From Podarcis tiliguerta (taxonomy: Eukaryota): a DNA stretch of 64,000 nucleotides. How positions within the stretch are numbered: position 1 is the stretch's first letter; every line of letters begins with the position of its first letter. The stretch lies in NCBI GenBank assembly GCA_965153285.1, contig OZ229113.1; one strand, 5' to 3'. The notes under the pieces are model-generated. The model had not been told where the DNA came from, did not search any database, and worked only from the letters and a program-made list of their open reading frames with translations. Shown here piece by piece: positions 54,238 through 64,000 of this stretch. The position numbers and the translations under genes are program-made.

Positions 54238-54370
54238 GACAGTGTTCTCGAAGCTACAAACATGAACCTGACCAAACTGCGGGTGGCAGTGGAAGACAGG
54301 AGTGCCTGGCGTGCTCTGGTCCATGGGGTCACGAAGAGTCGGACACGACTGAACGACTAAACAACAACAA
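54238..54370 (+). mobile_element. BovB (RTE) LINE 3' end, 5'-truncated
   Basis: gcctggcgtgctctggtccatggggtcacgaagagtcggacacgactgaacgactaaac plus (AAC)n is the BovB 3' terminus. CATGGATAT is repeated at 54222-54230 and 54371-54379 (TSD core). Confidence 0.92.
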
Positions 54371-55167
54371 CATGGATATGTGGTTCAGAATTTCACTCCA
54401 CAGAACACAAACAATGGTACCAATGAAGCTTTTCTTTCTGGGCTAATAGTAGATGAGGATCATGGCAAGGGAAGAAAGGGTTAACCCATGCATTCTGGTC
54501 CTAATGAAAATAAAATAGCATTGATTGCATGTTACAAATTTGCCTTCATACCTAGTTAGCCCTTCATATGAGCCCTACCTGCACTGCCAGTTCTTCCTTG
54601 GAAGAACATCTAGGTGTGCCTTGGAATGCAGCAGGTAGCTATAAGCCTTGTGTGCTGAAGTTCCATATTTTAGGCAGTTGGCCCAAAAGGCTATCATTCC
54701 TTTGCATTTGGGGGTTTTCTGGATGGCCTATCTAGGTAGCTTTAATATTTTTATTTGATTTGGGGGAATGTGGTTTTTCAAACTGAAAAATAAGATACAC
54801 GTTTCAGTGAAATAAAAATACATATGTTTCAATGAAACAAATAATAAGAAACAAAGTACCAAGAGCTGTCATTATTTTGCTCCTTCCTAACGGGTGAAGA
54901 CATATATTCCAAATATGGCAGAAGTTGTTTCAACATACTTTCTTTGCATTCTGAGGATTTGTCTTCAGGAGAGAAAACTTGTGTTCAGACAGTTTCTACC
55001 ACACTTGCAGATCCAGACCGAATATTGTGATAGTTCCTCTTTTTTTTAAAGCAGGTAACTTCAACTTGCAGGTATAACTTTATAATATAGTCTTCTAACA
55101 AACAGCATATGAACATGTAGGTGAATGTGCATGACTAAAATGGTCATCCATGAAAGTCCTGAAATTA

Positions 55168-55377
<210 letters not shown>

Positions 55378-56193
55378 TTAAAAGAAATTGGGAAAACAGT
55401 TAGTTCTTCATCTTTATAGAAAGCACTAAAAAAAACCAAGGATGGTTAAAATCTAAGCATACATGGCAAACTGCTTTAAAAAGTCCTTGCATGCTTTGTT
55501 TCCAAAAAAATATTGACACAGACTTGGGCAAAAGTCTATGTAATCTTTATCTAGGGAAACAAACAAGTGTACTTTTCTGATATCCTGTAAAGCAATTTTA
55601 AGCCTTTAATTAATTTAACCTCTCTATAGACCCACTTTCACCTGTGTAACATAAGAAATGATCTGCTCTGTCAATACAGGAAACTGAATCTTGAATCTCA
55701 TGTAAACTAAACTATATCTATTAAATGCAGAAGAGATGGCCCTCCTCTTGCCAGGGGCTAACATTTTTTAAGTCCTCCAAGCCTGAAGCCAAAAGCCACA
55801 TCTTTACAGCAACAAGTATGGCCATACTCATTTATAACCAACATATTCATATTGTATAACCATGTGGGCTGCAGATGATGCGGTACTGTCCTAACTCTTG
55901 CCTTCCTTTGAGTAGTTTTTATCAATGTGTGGATATTTCTAGGAAAAGCTTCCAATATGCTGTGAAGCTTATCCTTAAAATGTACTTAGTTAAGAAAACC
56001 AACTTTTTTTTTTCTATTGTTACATAATACCTACCTACACTAAATCATCTTAATCCAGATGCAGCTACGGCTTGCATGGTGCACATGTGAGCTAGCTCAT
56101 TTGTTTGAATAGATGGTTTGACTAAATGGAGCATAATCCAAAGTAGACACTCCTCAGATGTGTGGAACAACCCTTACAAACAATAATTTTCGT

Positions 56194-56311
56194 GGGTGGC
56201 ATTCAATTAAGTTTCACTCACAGCTGATCCATTGAAATTTATGAAAATGACTAAGTTAGATCCATTGATTTCAACAGGCCTACTCTGAGTAAGACTTAGT
56301 TAAATCCCACC
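56194..56311. repeat. Family B hairpin/MITE-like repeat
   Basis: Inverted arms ggtggcattcaattaagtttcactca...ccattgaaat and atttcaacaggcctactctgagtaagacttagttaaatcccacc. Confidence 0.7.
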
Positions 56312-56814
56312 TCACGTGTGTTATGCTTTGCGGAGTTTTAAATTGTGGTTTTGTCTTATTTGAATTACTTTAAATATTTCTTTGACAAATTACAATAAAG
56401 GTGGCATTTTAAGAAAGAAAGTTAATGCTTGCAACAAAATGCTGAGTTGGAACACTGGTGCTCAACTGGGCTCTGAACCATTACCTCTTTTGCACAAGGA
56501 CCCCGCCCCCGCATGTACGCAGCTCATTTTTAAACTAAGGAAGGGGAAATGGGATTGCCAAATTATTTAAACATACACTATAAAAGGAACATATTTTTGT
56601 AAGTACAATTTTATTGGCTATAATATATGATAGCAATTATTATCCACAAAACTTGCTATTCGAGTATAAGATCTCCGTCTAAGAAAATGAAAGTTAAGGA
56701 TGCCAAAAAATGGCAGAAGAAAAAAAATTCTCTCTCTCTGGGAGTAAGTCTTCATTATATGTGCTCACAATTTATTCCGATTAACCTGGCAAAAGGGAGT
56801 CTAGGCTACAGCTA

Positions 56815-57030
56815 TTATGAACAAAAAACAGCCCTGCTGGATCAGTGGATCCATCTAGTCCAATGTCCACTTCTCACAGAGAGCAAACATATGCTTCTGA
56901 GGAAACCCACAAGCAGGCTTTGAGCAAAACAACACCTTTCCCATCAGTAGGACTCTTAGCAGCTGGTATTCAGAAGTACAGTGGAGGTAAATAGTAGAGG
57001 TAAAACAAACCCATCAGGGCTAGGAACCAT
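56815..57030 (-). mobile_element. CR1 LINE 3' UTR fragment
   Basis: agccctgctggatcag...ccatctagtcca...ttctcacag...gaaacccacaagcagg is the typical reverse-strand squamate CR1 3' end. Confidence 0.7.
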
Positions 57031-58109
57031 TTATTACCATATTAATCCCAAAATAAACCTCGCGTCACTTCTGCCCCCACTACCCTGTGTTATTAGTTAC
57101 AGTAACTTTAGGAGAAATAGAATGTTGGTAGATGCATGACAGTTGATGTGACAGTTGACAGTTAATGATGTGACGTTATGCTTTAGCTCTCAATTCCGAA
57201 ACATTCCAAAATCTCCGCTCAGGCATCAGTATCATCAGTATCAAAATAGGTGCCTTTCTGGTGCTTCTTTAGCCAATACTAATCAATTTTCACAAATACA
57301 GACAGCTCAAAAGAATTATAACACCTCACATCTAGCAAGTTTTGGCGTGGGGAGGGGGGATGGCTATCTTTAGGCACATCCGGCCTAACAACTTGACAGA
57401 ATGGTTGGGTTTCCTCCTTAAGCCTTTCACAGTCCTCAGTACCTGTGCAGGGACCCATAAATTTGTTTCAGGCACGGGCAAAATTTTGCTGTGAAATGGG
57501 GACATGAGAAAAACAGTGGGGAAGACTCCTGCTGTTTCTTTCTCCAGACTTCAGCACAAGTGAGAGCTCAGATCAGGCAATATGTGTTGCTGAGCCTTGT
57601 TTTTGATTAAAAGCCTGAGAAACTTACCCTTGAGCAAGATGGCAAGTGGATGACTGATCATGTGAGAATTTTTTTAAAAAAATAAATCATTTAATGTGTC
57701 AACACGAATAGAAGTTATTAATATTGCAGTTGTTGTATAAGGGATTGTTATTATGACCAGAATGTAATGGAAATTAATAAGATTCTGGAATGCAGAAATG
57801 AAGCAAATAATCAAGCCATCAATTCTATCACGTAGGGGGCCACCTTATCTAAATTATATAATTCAGTACTTGAACGATTGGTATTAATAATTGTATTATA
57901 AATTGGTACTGCTATAATGAGGCTACTATTGGATTGTAATTGAAAAGTAATAAAAAATATTATCGGATTATGTGAGAAAAAATATGAAGCCTTTAAATAA
58001 TCCATAACAATAAAGTGTCTCCATCTTATCATTCCACTTTATGCCACATAATGTATTGTTATGCTAGGTCTCTTTACCCAGGAAACTATGCCTTTAAAAT
58101 AGCAAATCA

Positions 58110-58308
58110 GCCCTCTGCCTGGTTCCCTGTAACCTCACATCTCACAGTGAGGGAACCACCATAAGGCCCTCAGAGCTGGACCTCAGTGTCTAGGCAGAAT
58201 GATGGGGGTGAAGACGCTCCTTCAGGTATACTGGGCCGAGGCCATTTAGGGCTTTAAAGGTCAGCACCAACACTTTGAATTGTGCTTAGAAATGTACTGG
58301 GAGCCAGG
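58110..58308 (-). mobile_element. L2 LINE fragment, same family as 47115-47746
   Basis: Reverse complement aligns by eye to 47350-47515 (caattcaaagtgttggtgctga..tttaaagcccta..tatacctgaaggagcgtct). Confidence 0.9.
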
Positions 58309-59073
58309 TCCATTAATTGGGAGTGAAATCATAATTATCTAATGGTTGCCAGGCCCATTAATTACCACAGTCAATTAAAATTCTCTCTGACTAAAAACAG
58401 TTTGAACTGTTTATATGCCACCTTTAATCCTATTACATACATACATACATATATAATTTTCTTCGCATGCCACCTTTCCACAGTTCAAACCATGCTCAAG
58501 GCAGCTTACAACATGAAAAGAACTAACTACAACATAGCAAAAGTTATCATAAGCAATAAATAAAACATTAAAAATCCGCAACCAATTTCAAAATAAAGCA
58601 TAACATGATCTAAAATAAATATTAAAAGAACAAACAGCAACAACCACCACAAAAAAACCCCAAACACCCCAGTGATCTTGAGGCAGGTCACAATGGTTTA
58701 AAATACAAAAAAAAAAAAAAAAGCGCCAAAGGTGAAATATAATTAAAAATGTAATCACCAATCCATCTATTAAATATTATAAAGGACATGGCCATGTTTC
58801 CCCATGCATTACATGCACAACCAATTCAGAACCTGGGCAGTCTAAGTAGGCAGCAGCTGAATGGCAATAGACGGCTCCACAACTGGAGTGCTATTGCCAA
58901 TGAAATAGACTCTCCTCCCCATAGGATGGCTGGGCTTGTTGGAGAATGAGTCAAATCAAGCTCAATGCTGAAGTGGGGATGAGTTTGTTGTGTGTGAATG
59001 TGAGAGACAAAGACAGACAAAGAGAACGTATGCTATGGGGGGGGGGTTGTGTGAGAGAAAAAGGGATGGGAGA

Positions 59074-59250
59074 GAACATAGTCTTATACTGAATTAGACC
59101 ACTGTTCTGTCTAGCTCAGTGTTTTCTATGTTGACTAGCAGCAGCTCTCCAGGGTTTGAGGCACGGGGCATTCCTAGCCCAACCTGGAGATGCCAGGGAC
59201 TTTCTGCATGAAAGATAGATGCTCTACCACTGAGCTACAGCCGTTCCCCC
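59074..59250 (-). mobile_element. Squam3 tRNA-derived SINE
   Basis: Reverse complement ggctgtagctcagtggtagagcatct...ccctggcatctccagg...aaaccctggagagctgctgc...actgagctaga...cagtataag; B box deleted. Confidence 0.85.
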
Positions 59251-60972
59251 TGGAGCATGTGCTGTATGTGTGGCATGTTTGAATGCATATCTGCTAGCAG
59301 TGCATGCCAGTGACAGTAGGTTCAGGGTAGACACACTAATTTTTGGCAGTGCTCACTTTCACTTTGGTCACTAACATGCAGCTCTCAGAGGGTTGGTGAA
59401 CAGCAAATGCAGTCAAAAAAGGTTAGCCACCCCTGCCCTAGGCCCTCGTTGAATGCTTTTGCAGTCACATCATGCTGCTGAAGAAGCAAACTTTTCTCCA
59501 CGAAAGTTCATGCCAGAATTTATACATAAGTAAGATTCCACAGTGCTCTTGGAATTTTGCTATAACAAATTAACATGGCCACTCTGAATTGGCACTTCTT
59601 ATGTGGAAACCTTTCAAAGAGGCTTCTTAGAGGTTAGCAATGTGGCACTACTCCAGCTGTGTATGACAAATCTTTCTTTTAAGAAAAGACTATTGATCCT
59701 ATTCCCTGATGCAGTTTCTTCCAAGCCCTTTTTCTTATTGTCCAGACCACCAAGTGACTGGAAGACATTCTTTACTTATTTAGAAAAGGTATAACTGCAC
59801 TCTTAGCTTGGGGCTTCAACGTAGAATGTAATAAAACTGTTATGTTCAGGATCCAAAACATGTCATGGCAATCAAGTCTAAGGTTCTTCAAGAAATCTCC
59901 TCACATATGCATATACTTATACATATAATCTGAGGAAAAGCTAGAAACAGAAGCTTTAGTAGTATTACAAACAGAAAAACATGATGCAACTAAGGTTTGA
60001 TTTCTCTCTTTCTCTCTCACACTATTATAGTGTGGATTTATGCTTATAAAAATGTGACCAACAAACTTGAAATGTAAGCTCTTATGTAAGCAATTGCACA
60101 TCATCTTTCACAAGTGCAAGAAACCAAACGGATTCAGCTGTTGCACAAGTGGGCTAGCAAAACTAGTCATCACCTGCTGCTGCATCATTCATTTTTTAAC
60201 CTATGATTTATATTCTGGTCTGCATTCTGCTAAGGATGCATAGATTCACTGAATAAAATACTGACTAGAAACTGAAGGCTATGTTCCAAATCAGTAAGCA
60301 GGCATATTATTACTACTGTCACTTCTGCTTTTTTCTGTATTAAAAGCTCAAGCTGTGTACAATGTTGTCAGATCCTTAAACATATGAATGCAGTTTCTAT
60401 CCACAGTGTCTGTTCAAGGGAGCAAATACATGTTCATGTTCACTTGTGGCTTTTAAAATAATTAAAACAGAAAGGTGATCATGTGGCTACTTTACTTAAT
60501 TCTTTCCACAATCTATGGAATGGACTGCAATACCAATTTATCCAACTTCTGTAGATCTCCTATAAAATTAATATTTTTTTTACTAAATTCTCAGGCAACT
60601 ATGAAACTATCTATTGTTGAGATCAGAATAATTTTTACTTTCATGCAGGTATAACTTTGAGGCAAATGTGAAAAGGCCATGAGCAATGTGACATTTTGTA
60701 AGTATAATATGCATGTTGCTTTTACTAAAAGTACAAAGGATGAGAATAGATTTTTAAAGCACAATAGTTTTTATTATAAACATCTAAGAAGCAAAGCAAC
60801 AGCAGGGAGTAGGACTCAGGAAGCCTAATATATAAAATCTACAGAAGCAATTAGCTGAGTGCTGCTGCTATTTCTGCTCTTATAACAGAAGGAGAAAAAG
60901 TTAAAAATCCAAAAGCTATGAAGCTAGGGTGTTATGAAAGCCAGATTTTTTTTTAATATCCTAGTTTAACAG

Positions 60973-61018
60973 TGTCACTAACCCTAATGTCACTAACCCC
61001 TAACCCTAACCCTAAACC
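60973..61018. repeat. Short interstitial telomeric-like repeat with local duplication
   Basis: TGTCACTAACCC at 60973-60984 and 60988-60999; (CCCTAA)3 at 60998-61015. Confidence 0.8.
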
Positions 61019-61059
61019 TCCACTGATTTGCAGGATATCTTCAGGAGAAGAAAAGGCTA

Positions 61060-61323
61060 AGTACTAAACCCTACACAAATATGGAGTGAAGACCCTAAGA
61101 CAGTTGGATAGCACCTTGTACACTTTCTTCTGGCAACTCTTACAGCCAAGCTGGTGCCAAACACATTGCTCTGCTTTCCTTTGGACCACACCAGCAAGGC
61201 TGAATAGGGGGGATCTGGTCACCAGGGAGGACACTTTGGTGCTGCTAATGCAGCAGTTTAACTTCACCCCCAGAAGGCAGACTCCACTGTCTCTCAAGAC
61301 AGATGAGTGCCAACAACAACAAC
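61060..61323 (+). mobile_element. 3' end of a non-LTR retroelement with (CAA)n tail (RTE-like, tentative)
   Basis: acttcacccccagaagg...tgtctctcaagacagatgagtgc followed by caacaacaacaac. Confidence 0.55.
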
Positions 61324-61391
61324 CCAGCCTTTCAGGGGGGAAACATCCCAAAGTGGCCAGACTTTTGTTACTTTTTGCTCCATATTCCATA

Positions 61392-61761
61392 AAAAGGTAA
61401 AGGGACCCCTGACAATTAAGTCCAGTTGTGAACGACACTGGGGTTGTGGCGCTCACCCTGCTTTAAAGGCCGAGGGAGCCGGCGTTTGTCTGCTTCTGCA
61501 AACAGTTTTTCTGGGTCATGTGGCCAGCATGACTAAGCCACTTCTGGCGAAACCAGGGCAGCACAAGGCAACACCGTTTACCTTCCCAACAGAGCGGTAC
61601 CAATTTATCTACTTGAACTGTGTGCTTTTAAACTGCTAGGTTGGCAGGAGCCGGGACCGAACAATGGGAGATCACTCTGTCGCAGGGATTCGAACCGCCG
61701 ACCTTTCAATAGGCAAACCCAAGTGGCACAGTGGTTTAACCCACAGCGCCACCCGCGACCC
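61392..61761 (-). mobile_element. Sauria SINE (Squam1), full length
   Basis: Reverse complement GGGTCGCGGGTGGCGCTGTGGGTTAAACC...GGTTCGAATCC...TTTACCTTT. Perfect 15-bp TSD GCTCCATATTCCATA at 61377-61391 and 61762-61776. Confidence 0.95.
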
Positions 61762-61879
61762 GCTCCATATTCCATACTCCTCTCCTATTGTTTGCATAAT
61801 TGTAACATAAACTCTTAAGTCCCTTGAATTTATTACCTACCAGTTAGACCTCAAATGCAACCAGGGCTGTCTTAAGCAT

Positions 61880-62250
61880 ATGCAGCACCAGGATGCAAAG
61901 ATCTGCCCGGTACCCACCCCCCAGGTTGCCCAGAGTTGCCGACCTTTTTTTAGGGGGGGGGGACCCCAAGGTTATTGATTTTTTTTTAAGGAAAGTTTTC
62001 CCAAAGTTGTTGACTTTTGCTCAGGAAAAGAAAACAGGAAACGTAAGGAGCCCAGCACAACAAACCAGGCATTGGGCACCTTGTGGTGTAAGCAGCGTAC
62101 ACTGGGTGGGCCTCTCTTTGGCCCTACACCAATCCCAGGTGCACTGCCTCAGAACCTCGCCCCCAAACTTCCGGCGCAGAGCCACCTGCAGCAGAACAGC
62201 TCCCATATCTTGTCTCTCTGCCGCCTCACCCCTTACCTCTCCCTTTTAAT
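61880..62250. mobile_element. GC-rich degenerate repeat (probable DNA-transposon derivative)
   Basis: GC-rich block with G/C runs and overlapping junk ORFs; termini unresolved. Confidence 0.35.
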
Positions 62251-62647
62251 TTTAACCAGGTATTCAAATACATAATTTGTTTTTAACTGCAGGCTCAGTT
62301 CAAAAACATGTTCAAAAACATGTGAAGTAATTGATAGACTCTGGGTACTAGTAAAATGTTTTTTCTAAACATGATGTAATCATAAGCAGTCTTGAAAAGT
62401 CCCTGAAATAAACTCTATACAAAATCAATTTTTTCTTAAGGCAACTGCAGGTTCTAGTGCAACTATTGAAAATGCAAAACACGCGCTCAGAGTTCTGTTA
62501 AACAGCACTGGCAATAACACCGAATTTTGAAAGATATACAGATCAATTCTCATCATGCTCATTATCCTCCTCAATTAAAATTCAGTTTTGTAATACTGTA
62601 AGAAACTGGCACATTGAAACTGATGTGATTAAAAGTGGAGGATTCTA

Positions 62648-63028
<381 letters not shown>

Positions 63029-64000
63029 TTAAGCAAAATGTTTCACAAACTGATCAACAGAGATTTGAACATTTAGATGAATATGGAGGGAAATGGTCAG
63101 AATCAAAATTCTTGTATAAAATTCTTTAGCTTCGTTGAAGGAGTAGTCCACTAATTTGTTCTCACACATATTCACCTTAAAACCACATACGGTACCTTTA
63201 AACCCTAGTTTCAAACTAACTTTCAGCAGTGCTAATACTGACTACAGTAGTAGAATTTATGCAGAAACAATAAGGAATGAAGAAAATTTAGGCTCAAACC
63301 CATTGCCCAGTCCCTGCTAAATATGGTTAAGAGGTCAGCAATGTTAAGTTTGTCTGCACCTGGCCTATGTAGTTTTCTCATTCCTTGTACCATGCTCACT
63401 TTCGTCACAACATATCAGCTCAATTCATGCAGGTTTCATTGTCATTTCTCAATTCTGTTTTAAAGTCTTAATGCTTCAGCCAGAACACCATGCAAACACC
63501 AGTCCCATACAAAGGCATGCATGACACTTGACTATACAAATAACAGCATAATTTTACGCATGTTCAGTACTTATTTTCACTTTTAAAATGATATAATTGT
63601 GGTTCAATGATAATACTACTTAGTATTATGTAAGTCTTTTAATGCTGGTCTTCAGGTGAACCTCACAAATTTAGCTGAATTTACCACACAGTCACAAATG
63701 CTGTTATTCAACCTAAAGCTTGGGCCTCTGGGTACTAGAACTGCTGATTTGCTAAAAAAATTAAGTGATTTGCACTTGAAGTAACTTGGTCTTCATGCTA
63801 AACAGCAAACTATTAAAACAGAACCCACAATATGAAAAAAGTTGGAATCTTTGGAATAAAAGTAAACTTTGATACAAAGAACTACAAGAAAATAAAAGAA
63901 TATGGTCTGAGCATTATATAATGAATGGCCATTATGTAAAATATATTAAAGAAAAATTTGGCATGTTTTCTTCATATTTGATACCAGAAACCCTTCTGAC

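Noticed and set aside
59074-59250. tRNA gene
   Set aside because: tRNA-like head of a Squam3 SINE with the B box deleted; the Sauria SINE heads are likewise not tRNA genes.

Overview
Eukaryotic genomic DNA, AT-rich and almost entirely intronic, from a squamate reptile. The Sauria/Squam1 SINE subfamily, Squam3 SINEs and BovB tail point to a lacertid lizard (inference). The window holds seven internal coding exons of CNKSR2 (connector enhancer of KSR 2; SAM, CRIC and N-terminal part of the PDZ domain) on the minus strand at 62937-62774, 55371-55169, 50607-50520, 40038-39997, 38293-38174, 30125-30066 and 25088-25020. All have canonical AG/GT boundaries and join into one continuous reading frame. 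Exon 1 lies right of the window. The next expected exon (VGWQLKNLV...) is not visible in the 25 kb to the left, which contains a 196-N gap. Introns carry three Sauria SINEs with TSDs, Squam3 SINEs, L2/CR1/BovB fragments, Tc1/pogo-, hAT- and PIF-type MITEs, two solo-LTR-like elements, short hairpin repeats and microsatellites. Nearly all ORFs in the supplied track are spurious or repeat-derived. No clearly novel gene system is supported. The best leads concern splicing: candidate cryptic, poison or micro-exons, inverted repeat pairs flanking exons 3 and 3-4, and a strong antisense 3' splice site. There is also a short interstitial telomeric repeat with a duplication and a strand-switching microsatellite flanked by direct repeats. 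Comparisons to human CNKSR2 and to repeat consensuses are from memory, not from a database search.
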